A stretch of DNA of 64,000 bases. Origin: an uncultured Planctomycetota bacterium (lineage in GTDB: Bacteria; Planctomycetota; Planctomycetia; Pirellulales; Lacipirellulaceae). Below are positions 54,629-64,000 of the stretch, piece after piece. The stretch is from the NCBI GenBank assembly GCA_963719315.1, contig CAVRBU010000002.1:384001-448000 (forward strand), written 5' to 3'. The translations under genes were made by a program, and so were the position numbers. The notes under the pieces are model-generated. The model saw nothing but the letters and a program-made list of their open reading frames with translations, ran no database searches and was not told the DNA's origin. Position 1 is the stretch's first letter. Every line of letters starts with the position of its first letter.

Positions 54629-55995
54629 TTGACACAGTTCAAACGACTCAACGCTGGCACGCGACGAACGCACATCTGGCTGCGGCCGGGCTTTTTGCTG
54701 GTTTCGATCATCGGAGCTGGCGGAACCGTGGCGCTGCTGGCAACGACGCTGCCGGCCCAGCGGGTGCAGTTCCCGACTCCGGCACAGCCGGTGCAGATGA
54801 CGAGTCCGTACACGGTCGCGCCGAGCCCGTACAACGTGCCGGCCACGCCCGCGCCGCCGGCGTACGCCGCTCCCTACACGGTGCCTTCAGCACCAGCGCC
54901 TGCCGTTACCGGTCCGTATCCGGCGACGCCGTACGGCGCACGGCGCCAACGTATGCTCCCGCGGCAGTGGGGCCACCGCCGACTTTCGATCCGTATGCCG
55001 TCGGCGGTTCGATCGCGCCCGCGCCGCCGGCTGTGCCTTACACGCCGTATGGCCCCCCGCCGGCTCCGACGTTCGCCCAACCGGGCGCGGCGATTGCGCC
55101 GAGCCCAAGTCCGTTCCAATATCAGCCCGCGCCGTACGATATCAATCCGAACGGCGAGGGTTACTGGGCGAAGACGCAAAAGTTTCTGCAAGAGTTGAGC
55201 TTCGAGTACACGTTTCTGTACGGCAAGCACTCGAACCCGAACGACTTCGGGCTGAACCGGGCGGAGATTTCGAGCACGTTCGCGTTCCCGATGTTCTACA
55301 ACATCGAGACGCCGCTGCTCGTGACACCCGGCTTCGCCGTCGATTGGCTGCAAGGGCCGCTGAGCGGTCCACCCATTCCGGGACCGCCCGTCATGGCGGG
55401 TGGGCCCGACTTGCCGCCGCAAACGTATGATGCGTACCTCGATTTCGCGTGGTTTCCGCACTGCTACGAATGGCTGAGCGGGGAACTCGGCTTTCGCACG
55501 GGCGTGTACAGCGATTTCAACGTCTTCAATTCGGATTCGATTCGCTTCATGGGCCGCGCCGCGGCGGACGTCGCGATCGCGCCCAATACGGACGTCGTCT
55601 TCGGCGTGGCCTACCTCGATCGCGTCGATGTCAAGATATTGCCAGTGATCGGCGTCTATTATCGGCCCACGCCCGATTGGGATATGTACCTAGTGTTCCC
55701 GAACCCAAAGATACGCAAGTTTCTGGCCGCAGTGGGCACCACGAAGTGGTACGGTTACGCGGCCGGCGAATACGGCGGCGGCTCCTGGACCGTGGCTCGC
55801 CAAACGACCGACGACCGCATCGATTACAACGACATTCGCGTGATCGGCGGCTTGGAATGGGAGACACAATCGCAGATTCGCGGTCATGTCGAAGCTGGTT
55901 TCGTGTTCGATCGCGAGATCGTGTTCGTCTCCCGCGACCCGCCGAATTTCAAGCCGAACGACACGTTCATGCTGCGGGCGGGCGTTGATTTCTAG
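54629..55995 (+). CDS. Probable outer-membrane beta-barrel with Pro-rich N-terminus (apparent 1-bp deletion near 54941)
   Basis: Signal peptide, Pro-rich linker, amphipathic strands, terminal LRAGVDF. Confidence 0.7.
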
Positions 55996-56078
55996 GGGCG
56001 AGGAGCGAGTAACGAGGAGTGGGGAGTGGGGAGTGGGGAGTGAGAATTTGGCTCACAGTTCATTGCCGAGAAACGACG

Positions 56079-57224
56079 ATGCGAGGACCGATTGCGATTC
56101 TTACGTTGGTACTCTTCATCAGCCCCTCGGCGGCGCAATCGCCATACCCCGTAGCGACAGGGCCAAACGCGGCTTGGGGCGGCTATGCACTGCCCGCGCA
56201 GGTCCCCTATCAACCCACGTTGCCGAGCGAGCCGGTCGTTGGCACTTCCGAGCCCACGAATCCGATTTGGCAAACGTACCCGCCGACCTTCGATGCGAGC
56301 GGCCAGGCGGTGATGCTTGATGGCGCCGCGCCGATCGGACCGTCCGTCGCGATGCCGGGCGACGCGCCGCCCGATCCGGGTTACTCGATTGCGTCGGAAC
56401 CCGACTTAAAGCAATCGTTGATTCCGCCAGGCTCGCGAAACGGCTTCTTTCAAAAAGCCAGGTTCACCGCCACGTGGCTGCCGCAGCTCGATTCCTTCTC
56501 CTTGGGGTGGACCGATCTGCGAACGGAAATCGTTACGGCTCTGCCGTTTTTTACGCGCGAGAATCCGATCATCATCACGCCCAGCTATGAGCTACATTTT
56601 TTGCAGGCCCCGGCGAACATCGCCCTGCCGTCGCGATTGCACGATGCGGCCATCGACTTTCACATTTTTCGCGTGTTCGACAATCATTGGATCGCCAACG
56701 TCGCGGTGACGCCCGGATTGTACGCCGACGATTACAGTTTTGATTCGAGCGATGCGCTGCGGATCAACGGCCGGGCGATTGGCGTGTACGCACCGACCGT
56801 CGATGTGAAGTGGGCGCTGGGCGTCACTTACCTCGACGGAGCTTGGTCGAAGGTAATTCCGGTCGCTGGCGTCATCTACACGCCGAATGACAACGTCGAG
56901 TATCAGTTGCTATTTCCCACGCCGCGCGTGTCTTGGCGGCTGCCCGGTTCGCCGATCCCGGGCCGCGACGATCGTTGGGTTTACGTGGCCGTCGAGTACG
57001 GCAATTCGGCCTGGGCGATTCAGGACCCGAATGGAGCGCCCGACGTATTCGCGTCGCGCGACTACCGGTTGATTTTCGGCTTGGAGCGGAAGGTCGTCGG
57101 CGGAATCTCGCAAAGGGTCGAGATTGGTTATGTATTCAATCGCGATATCAAGCTCTCCAACATTTCGGGAAACGATATCAGCATGGACGACACGCTGCTT
57201 TTGCGGGCCGGGATTTCGTATTAG
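56079..57224 (+). CDS. Probable outer-membrane beta-barrel (DUF6268-like), paralogue of the upstream gene
   Basis: Shared ITP, YLD, P..GV.Y.P, L.FP.P, EYG..W, DY, G.VF.R motifs; terminal LRAGISY. Confidence 0.72.
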   Translation: MRGPIAILTLVLFISPSAAQSPYPVATGPNAAWGGYALPAQVPYQPTLPSEPVVGTSEPTNPIWQTYPPTFDASGQAVMLDGAAPIGPSVAMPGDAPPDPGYSIASEPDLKQSLIPPGSRNGFFQKARFTATWLPQLDSFSLGWTDLRTEIVTALPFFTRENPIIITPSYELHFLQAPANIALPSRLHDAAIDFHIFRVFDNHWIANVAVTPGLYADDYSFDSSDALRINGRAIGVYAPTVDVKWALGVTYLDGAWSKVIPVAGVIYTPNDNVEYQLLFPTPRVSWRLPGSPIPGRDDRWVYVAVEYGNSAWAIQDPNGAPDVFASRDYRLIFGLERKVVGGISQRVEIGYVFNRDIKLSNISGNDISMDDTLLLRAGISY

Positions 57225-57306
57225 TAGGTTCCTTCTGCCGGGAGGGACCTAATGCGATATTCGACGTTACACCGGGGCCAGGTCCCGCTCGGCAAGCGGG
57301 ACCTAC
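57224..57306. repeat. GTAG-type REP doublet
   Basis: GTAGGTTCCTTCTGCCGGGAGGGACCT ... AGGTCCCGCTCGGCAAGCGGGACCTAC. Confidence 0.7.
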
Positions 57307-57391
57307 TTCGACCCGTTGCAAACTGCGGGGTGGTGGTTCAGAATTGGAAGCTACCCCCTTCCAGCCCACCACCCCCACCTGGAACACCACG

Positions 57392-58084
57392 ATGTCAAGT
57401 CGCGTCCGCGGTATCGCTTTCTTCACACTTGTTTCGATGTTTCTGCCCAGCATCGTCCTGGCGGGCGATGCGATAGAACTATTCAACGGCAAGGATCTGA
57501 CGGGTTGGACCAAGCGCGGCGGTAAAGCCACGTACACCGTCGAGAATGGCGTAGTCGTGGGCCACAGTGCGCCGAACTCCACGAACACGTTCCTGTGCAC
57601 GAATAAGGATTACGGCGATTTCGAGCTCGAATACGATTTCAAGATCAAGGACAAGGATTTTAACTCGGGCGTCCAGATTCGCAGCCACGCGCGGCCGGAA
57701 GGAGCGGAAGAACGCGTTTACGGCTATCAGATCGAGATCGACCCGTCCGACCGGGCCTGGACCGCTGGCATATATTTCGAAGGGGGTAGCAAAGACAAGG
57801 ATGGCAATTGGATTCGCAAAGGCAGTTGGCTGGACGATCTTAAAGACAATGTGCCGGCCCAGAAAGCGTTCAAGTTGGGTGAGTGGAATCACGTTCGCGT
57901 CGTGGCCAAAGGCCGGCGAATTCAAACCTGGTTAAACGGCGTACCCGCCGGCGATTTCACGGATACCGATGACAAGGCCTTCGCTCCGACTGGCCTGATC
58001 GCGCTGCAAGTTCACACGGTCGGCAAAAAGACGGAGCCGAAGGAGATTCGCTGGAAGAATATCAAGCTCACTGAGCTCCATTAG
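57392..58084 (+). CDS. DUF1080 / 3-keto-disaccharide hydrolase domain protein
   Basis: LFNGKDLTGW, YGDFEL, NSGVQIR, GYQIEI, GEWN, GLIALQVH, WKNIKL. Confidence 0.92.
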   Translation: MSSRVRGIAFFTLVSMFLPSIVLAGDAIELFNGKDLTGWTKRGGKATYTVENGVVVGHSAPNSTNTFLCTNKDYGDFELEYDFKIKDKDFNSGVQIRSHARPEGAEERVYGYQIEIDPSDRAWTAGIYFEGGSKDKDGNWIRKGSWLDDLKDNVPAQKAFKLGEWNHVRVVAKGRRIQTWLNGVPAGDFTDTDDKAFAPTGLIALQVHTVGKKTEPKEIRWKNIKLTELH

Positions 58085-58175
58085 CGCCGCCTGTAAGCGC
58101 ACCAATCAATTTCCCAGTGCAGAAATAAAGCATCGGCTGAAGAGCAGGAGGCATTTTTTGCAACCGCACGTTTCG

Positions 58176-58520
58176 TCACGGAACCGATCGAGGCTGGGGA
58201 CCGGGTGGCGAATCGTGCGGCTCCTTGGTTGGAGTGGGCACCGGCTTTTCCGTTCCTGGCGGCGGAGGCACATCGCGAGGTCCGCGCAACGGAACATCGA
58301 TGGGTTCCTTCACCGGCACGTCGGTGGGAATTGGCCGGGCCGGTGGTGGCGGCGGATCTTCGATCCCGTCGTAGATTGAATGCGCGGGCACGAGAGTTTG
58401 GATCGTTCGCCGTCCTCGACCGCCCGACCGTAACTCGGACCGCAATATCTCATCGTAGATCGGGTTTCCGGGGCTGGCCCACAGAGGCGGCAACAGCCAT
58501 CTGGTGAACGAGCGTAACAT
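58176..58520 (-). CDS. Small Pro-rich protein with PxDVP repeats
   Basis: GAGG RBS; PTDVP/PIDVP/PRDVP at 8-aa spacing. Confidence 0.45.
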   Translation of the reverse strand: MLRSFTRWLLPPLWASPGNPIYDEILRSELRSGGRGRRTIQTLVPAHSIYDGIEDPPPPPARPIPTDVPVKEPIDVPLRGPRDVPPPPGTEKPVPTPTKEPHDSPPGPQPRSVP

Positions 58521-58682
58521 GATGCGCCTCGAACTTTCTGTTCCAACCGGCACGCCAACGCTGCCGCATTGGCATCCGCTGAACGACAGGACAAGGTAGA
58601 GGCAAATCGCGTGCCAGCGATCGCGCCCAAAGCGCGCAAGTGATTCCAGCAGCGAGACTTAGTAATCGATCGAGCGCGAAAC

Positions 58683-59456
58683 TTAACGCAAGATTCTTGA
58701 GCCAACTGCTCGAATTGCGGTCGAATCGACGCGGTCGAGACGCGTGTACCGCGGATGCTTGCCGTCCTTGTAAGGATCGTTGCTTTTGGCGTTGTAACAG
58801 CAAACAAGCGCCCAGCGGTCGTTTTCAGACCGGTTCTGGTCGCTGCGATGCAACAGATTCGCGTGAAAGAACAACGCGTCGCCGGGGTTCATTTCAACGT
58901 ACTTAAGCTCAAGTCTTTCAGCGGCCGCGGCAACGCGCTCCGGATCGGCGCCGGTTTGGTCGCCCGTTTTAACGTGCGTGATGCGACCCATTTGATGGGA
59001 GCCACGCCATACTTGCAGGCAGCCGTTCGCACGGGTGGCCGGATCGACGGCGACGAACACGCTACATAAATTCGGAAACAGCACGCCGTTGTCGTACCAG
59101 TAGCCGTAATCCTGATGCCACGCCCAGGCGCCGCCGGTGCGAGCTTCCTTCATGATCATCTTCGAGTGGTAGTGGTACGGCTCGTCGCACAGAATCTGTT
59201 CGACGCGATCGACGATCCGCTCGTTGCGGCTGAACATGCCGTAAAGATCGTCGCCAGGATGATTCCAAAGCGAAAGCCGCACACTGCCCCCTTCCCCGTC
59301 GTTGCGTCCGTAGGCTTGCTGGTCGAGCGCTCGATCGCGCTTGGCCGTATCTCGTAGCATATCGATTTCATCTCGATCGAAGAGCTGCGGCGCGAGGAGA
59401 TAGCCGTCGCGTTCGTAGCTGGCGAGATCATCGATTGTCAAAGGAGAGTCTGGCAT
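58683..59456 (-). CDS. Phytanoyl-CoA dioxygenase (PhyH) family 2OG-Fe(II) enzyme
   Basis: WHQDYGYW, NGCL..GSH, PGDALFFH..LLHRS..N...R. Confidence 0.9.
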   Translation of the reverse strand: MPDSPLTIDDLASYERDGYLLAPQLFDRDEIDMLRDTAKRDRALDQQAYGRNDGEGGSVRLSLWNHPGDDLYGMFSRNERIVDRVEQILCDEPYHYHSKMIMKEARTGGAWAWHQDYGYWYDNGVLFPNLCSVFVAVDPATRANGCLQVWRGSHQMGRITHVKTGDQTGADPERVAAAAERLELKYVEMNPGDALFFHANLLHRSDQNRSENDRWALVCCYNAKSNDPYKDGKHPRYTRLDRVDSTAIRAVGSRILR

Positions 59457-59463
59457 TTGGCGA

Positions 59464-61083
59464 CTAACTTCGCATCTTCGATACGGTGGTGATCACGGCG
59501 AGGGCGGTGAAAAATACGCCGCCGAACATTAGGCCAATGCGAATGAACCAGTTAGGCCGCAGTTCGCGCGGAAGCAAAAGTACGTTCACTGCTAACACGT
59601 GCAGGCAACTGAAACCGAGGGCCGCGTTGTAGATGCATGTGGCCCAAACGAGCAGTTCTTTGGGGTTCCAAAACGAGAGGGCGCTCAGACCGAAGACGGC
59701 ATAGCAGCAGACGGCGCCAAAATACAACCACCGGATGCGATGGGGATCCCAGCGGCGCACGAAGGGGACACCGGTCCAGCACAAATCGACCCAGCGACGG
59801 AGTGCGCCGTCGAACGTGCTGACGGCGGCGGGCGCGAGGACGAGGAAACCGCAGAATAGCGTCATGAACCAAAAGAATCCGCCGAAAGTCGGACCGACGG
59901 CGTTGCGCAGGCCGTCGGCCGTCATGCCGGCGGCGATCCAATCGCCTTTGGCCACCGTGCCCCGGGGCAAAAACTGCACCGAAAGCATGCTCGGCAGCGC
60001 GACGCCGACGAAACAGGCGGGCATCCAGACAATCAACTGATCGCGCAACAGGAAGCGATACCACTTGCGAAACCGCCCGATCGAATCGGCATTGATCGGG
60101 AACACCGATCCCACGTGGCAGAGCGTCAATTGCCGGCCGCCGACCATGCTCGGAATCGCGCCAACGTGTTTTCCCATTCCCCAGCCTTGATCGCGCGCGT
60201 AGCCACTCAAGGCGGTGTTTGTCAATCCGCCATTGCCGGAGATCGCGGCAAGGGCTGCGAGAACGGCGACCATGCTCATATCGAATTCGGGCAATGCGCG
60301 GCCCTGCCATAAGGCGACGAAAATGTTTTCGGTAATCGGCGGCCCGCTCGCGTCGGCGTTAAGAACCGGAACGGTCCCAAATTTGAAAAAGCCGGAGAGA
60401 ATATCGACCCATGTATCCGGCGTTGAATAGAGTGCCGCCACCGCGATCAGAAAACCGAACACGACCACGATCTTGAAGCTCATGATCGCTTTGAGCGAGT
60501 TGTAGACTTTGCCGCCGAAGATCAGCGGCAAGAGCGCCAAGATAAACACGACGTAGGTCAGGAAGCGAAGAAATACCTGGCCGGTCACGGCAAGACCGAG
60601 TACGTGATACGTTTTTGCCACATCCGGAATCTCGCCCAGGATCACGGCTCCGAGGGGCGTCGCGGCGTTGGCGACGAGATATGGAAAAACCGAACCGAAG
60701 TCGAGGAAAACGTAAATCACCAGCCAAAAGATTGGGCTGGGGAGCACGCGAAACTTTCCGGTGAAAATCGGCTCGCCAGAGTACAGCGTGTAACGGCAGA
60801 TCTCGAGGTTATAGATGACTTGTACGAGGATCGAGACGGTCGCGAGCCACAAGATCGCGCCACCGTAGCGGGCGGTGGTGAGCGGGCCGGCCAGCCATTC
60901 GCCGCCGCCAATTGCAGCGCCGGCCGCAACCAAGCCGGGACCGACCAGCAGGGCCCAACTGCGGAGCGTGAGATGTGGCGCCGGCGGCAGTTCGTTGGCA
61001 TCCCAGCGCGGCATGGCTTGCGAGCCGGGGTGGGGCGGCACGAAAGCGGGCACCGACTTCGAGGAATGAATTGCGTCGCCCAT
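59464..61083 (-). CDS. Nramp-like (APC superfamily) transporter
   Basis: GPGLVAAGAAIGGGEW, RYTLYSGE, many TM helices. Confidence 0.8.
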   Translation of the reverse strand: MGDAIHSSKSVPAFVPPHPGSQAMPRWDANELPPAPHLTLRSWALLVGPGLVAAGAAIGGGEWLAGPLTTARYGGAILWLATVSILVQVIYNLEICRYTLYSGEPIFTGKFRVLPSPIFWLVIYVFLDFGSVFPYLVANAATPLGAVILGEIPDVAKTYHVLGLAVTGQVFLRFLTYVVFILALLPLIFGGKVYNSLKAIMSFKIVVVFGFLIAVAALYSTPDTWVDILSGFFKFGTVPVLNADASGPPITENIFVALWQGRALPEFDMSMVAVLAALAAISGNGGLTNTALSGYARDQGWGMGKHVGAIPSMVGGRQLTLCHVGSVFPINADSIGRFRKWYRFLLRDQLIVWMPACFVGVALPSMLSVQFLPRGTVAKGDWIAAGMTADGLRNAVGPTFGGFFWFMTLFCGFLVLAPAAVSTFDGALRRWVDLCWTGVPFVRRWDPHRIRWLYFGAVCCYAVFGLSALSFWNPKELLVWATCIYNAALGFSCLHVLAVNVLLLPRELRPNWFIRIGLMFGGVFFTALAVITTVSKMRS

Positions 61084-61193
61084 TTCGCACCACCTGCGAG
61101 AGATTGTAGCCGAACTCGCAAGAGTTCAGCAGCCCAACAAGAACAATTGGTTCGGCTGTGTTCTTGCGAAACTCAGGCTGCGAGCGAATTCGG

Positions 61194-62849
61194 CTACGGC
61201 TTTTTGGCTTTATTGGGCCCCGATGGCAGGATTTCACCGCCGTAGTCGTTGCGTACCGCGCCGATCCAGGGGTCCACATCGGCTCGTTTGGCCCAGGATT
61301 CCCATTCGTGGATCAATCGCGTCGCAACTTCGGGTTCTTGGGCGAGGAGATCGTGGCGCTCGGTGCGATCGGCCTCCATGTCGTAGAGTTCCCAGGGGCC
61401 TTTGAATTTCATCACGAGCTTCCACTTGCCATCGCGGACGGCGCGGTTGCCTTCGTGCGCGAAGTAGATCGGTTTTTTGCGATCGATCGGTTTGCCCGCG
61501 ATCGCGGGGACCAGGCTCGTGCCTGCTACGGGCTGAATCGAGTGGCCATGGTATTCCGTGGGATACTTCGCGCCGCACAACTCGACGACGGTCGGCATGA
61601 TGTCGACCAAATGGCCTGGCTGCGGCTCGAGTTTGCCGTCGCGCTGGGCGTCGATGCCGGCGGGCCAGTGGACGATCAGCGGCGTGGCAATTCCACCTTC
61701 GTGCGTGAAGTGCTTGTAGCGCCAGAAGGGCGTATTGGCAAGGGTGGCCCAACATTGGCCAAGGAAGACAGTCGATTTGGGGCCGCCGGGGTTGGCGCCT
61801 TCGAGGCGGCCGCGGGGGCCGGATTCGGCGTTGCCGCCGTTGTCGCACATCAGGAGAACCACGGTGTTATCGAGCACGCCGCGTTCTTTCAATCCGGCGA
61901 TGAGCTTCCCGACGCTGTGATCCAAGCGGTCGATCATCGCGGCATAGACAGCCATGATGTTATCGAAGCGATCTTTGTCTTCGTCGCTGAGTGTATTCCA
62001 GTCGGGCACGCCTGGCGGGCGCTCGGTGAGCGGCCACTTGGCATCAACGAGGCCCATTTCGATTTGCCGCTTGTGGCGGGCTTCACGGAGCGTGTCCCAA
62101 TCGACCTTGTATTTGCCGCGGTAGCGGTCGATGTCTGCCTGCGGCACTTGCAAAGGAAAATGAACGGCGCAGTGCGGCAGATAGTAAAAGAACGGCTTCT
62201 TCGCGGCGATCGCTTCGTCGACGAACTTCAGTCCCCATTCGGTGATGAGATCAGGGCCGTACCAGTCTTTGCCGAATTTCGGATCGTCGAGTTCAAATCG
62301 CTCGCCGTTGAGGCGGATGCCGTCCTGGCGGCGTTGTTTCTGGTTCGGGAAATACAACTCGCCCACGGCCGTATTCAGGCTCCGCATGAAACCGCGCTCC
62401 CACGGCGGCGTGCCGTGCATCTGACCGAGGTGCCACTTGCCGGTCATGATCGTGAAGTAGCCGGCGTCTTGCAGCACTTCGGCCATCGTGACGCAGTCGT
62501 CGCGGAGGCGGCCCTGCGTGCCCTTGGAGTTTTTCACGACCATGTTGTCCAAGAAACCCATCCCGGCCTCGTGCGGATAAAGACCGGTGAGCAGCGCCGC
62601 CCGCGAGGGGCTGCAACGGGCCGTGTTATAAAACTGCGTGAAGCGGACGCCCCCGGCCGCGAGCTTGTCGATGTTCGGTGTGGGGACTTCGCCGCCGTAG
62701 CAGCCAAGGTCGGAGAAGCCCATGTCGTCGATGAGGATGACGACGACGCTGGGGCGCTCCTGCGACGGGGCGGCCGTGCAATAGGATTGGAAAACGATCG
62801 CGGCAGCGCACGCGAGCGCCGGCGTGAGGTGGAGTCTAAAAGTATTCAT
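61194..62849 (-). CDS. Arylsulfatase
   Basis: DDMGFSD, CSPSRAALLTG (formylglycine motif), GKWHLG, DNG. Confidence 0.95.
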   Translation of the reverse strand: MNTFRLHLTPALACAAAIVFQSYCTAAPSQERPSVVVILIDDMGFSDLGCYGGEVPTPNIDKLAAGGVRFTQFYNTARCSPSRAALLTGLYPHEAGMGFLDNMVVKNSKGTQGRLRDDCVTMAEVLQDAGYFTIMTGKWHLGQMHGTPPWERGFMRSLNTAVGELYFPNQKQRRQDGIRLNGERFELDDPKFGKDWYGPDLITEWGLKFVDEAIAAKKPFFYYLPHCAVHFPLQVPQADIDRYRGKYKVDWDTLREARHKRQIEMGLVDAKWPLTERPPGVPDWNTLSDEDKDRFDNIMAVYAAMIDRLDHSVGKLIAGLKERGVLDNTVVLLMCDNGGNAESGPRGRLEGANPGGPKSTVFLGQCWATLANTPFWRYKHFTHEGGIATPLIVHWPAGIDAQRDGKLEPQPGHLVDIMPTVVELCGAKYPTEYHGHSIQPVAGTSLVPAIAGKPIDRKKPIYFAHEGNRAVRDGKWKLVMKFKGPWELYDMEADRTERHDLLAQEPEVATRLIHEWESWAKRADVDPWIGAVRNDYGGEILPSGPNKAKKP

Positions 62850-63027
62850 TTGCCTGTTATGTGTTGAAATGTGCGTAAATACCGAACTGCGCAAAACTCG
62901 CCCCCCGGGGTTTTGCGCAGTTGCTCCGGACCGAATGACTGGTTTCCCGTGGTCGGCCAGCGACTTCAGGGTCACGGCATTCAAGTATGGCTCGCTACTG
63001 TGGCGCGCATATCACGAGCTACCCTAG

Positions 63028-63938
63028 CATAATGATCCCTACTCACAATACGATTGCATTGGTTCCGTCCTTGTCGGTGGTACCCAAGATCCATCACATC
63101 TCTCCCTGGTTCGTGTAACCTTAGGCGGCGAGCACGATCGAGACCCTAAAGCACAACAGACTCTCGAGCAGCTTTATGAGTTAATCTATCAACACAAAGG
63201 TGCACAAATTGTACTCGCAATGGACGCACCCATTCAGGCGCGTGGACGAAACCTTCCGGTTCGTGATTGCAAACTGCTAAAAGGAACGGTGGAACGTCGA
63301 GCATGCGAAAGTTACTTGGACAAACAGCGAAAACAATTTGATGTAGCAGCTGGAGGCAATGACGGCTGGCATCCAAACATTCAGCCCGGTGCGCTCTCGC
63401 GCCGCGAGTTGAAAACCTGCTGGCCGGACTGGTAGAAGCAGAGTTTGAATTGTGGACAAGTCAGAATCGTAACGCCAAGAAACTTGTAATCGAGTGCTTT
63501 CCAGCTGAAGCGATCTGGGCAGCGAAGCGGCAAAATGGTTACGCAGCGATTGCCACGGCGAAATGCACCAAAGCATATAAGAAACAAAAGGGTAGCCGCC
63601 TCACTGGCGACCAAGTAGAGAAACTGACGCGAGACGCCCTGCACGCGTTCGCCTTTCTATCCGGCGATGCACCGCACTGGAATTCACTTCTCGACACCAC
63701 GACCAAATGGATGCTGGACGATCAAGAATGGCAGATTGATGGGCGCTATCGTGGCGGCAAGCTCCTCGACAACGTCGTGGACACGATGATCTGCTTGGCA
63801 ACCGCCATTAGCTATGTACGTGGGTGTGCCCATGTTTGGCAAGACCCTGACGAAGTGGATGACGGCCACATTATCGGTCCGGGTTGTCCTAAGGGCGACC
63901 TGTGGATGGCCGCCAACAACGTCGAGAAACAGCAATAA
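63028..63938 (+). pseudogene. DUF429-like (RNase H-fold nuclease) gene, 5'-truncated, with an apparent 1-bp deletion near 63393
   Basis: NDPYSQYDC...VLAMDAP...RRACE...IECFPAEAIW...NVVD; the frame begins right after a TAG with no start codon. Confidence 0.55.
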
Positions 63939-64000
63939 ATTTGGTCGACGACTTAGAGGCTTTTGGCGCGGAAGAGAGCCATTGGTTTGATGTGCGTTGA

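Noticed and set aside
61158..62867. 569-aa plus-strand ORF and similar long antisense ORFs (19174-20253, 23642-24529)
   Set aside because: Shadow frames of GC-rich genes with clear identities on the other strand

Overview
GC-rich bacterial chromosome segment, almost certainly Planctomycetota (Pirellulales, Lacipirellulaceae-like). The evidence is a DUF1559 prepilin, PEP-CTERM proteins (one with a GDFNxxGxVDAADYxxWR tail), an ECF sigma/Ser-Thr kinase pair, a sulfatase and many REP-like palindromes. Housekeeping content: deoC (partial), amn, a nucleoside deaminase, a T2SS-like gspE-F-G-H-I-J-K-L-M operon with no secretin, sthA, polX, an htrA-like protease, thiL, tsaE, yggS and ispG. Mobile and accessory content: one complete IS630 inserted in a kinase-WD40 gene, two copies of a ~126-bp MITE, a tandem REPIN array plus a fourth unit bracketing a parDE toxin-antitoxin pair, REP elements inserted in-frame in two genes, and an orphan four-gene operon with a large internally duplicated protein. 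The best candidates for new biology are (i) a soluble hybrid histidine kinase with an N-terminal MerR/Xis-like HTH and 9-bp-periodic repeats over its own promoter, (ii) the orphan operon at 38.3-42.7 kb, and (iii) the REPIN-bounded TA cassette. About a dozen 1-2 bp indels break otherwise intact genes and most sit at GCGC, which points to long-read (possibly methylation-related) errors, so frameshift calls need read-level checking. No rRNA, tRNA or CRISPR array was seen. All family assignments come from reading motifs by eye; no database searches were run.
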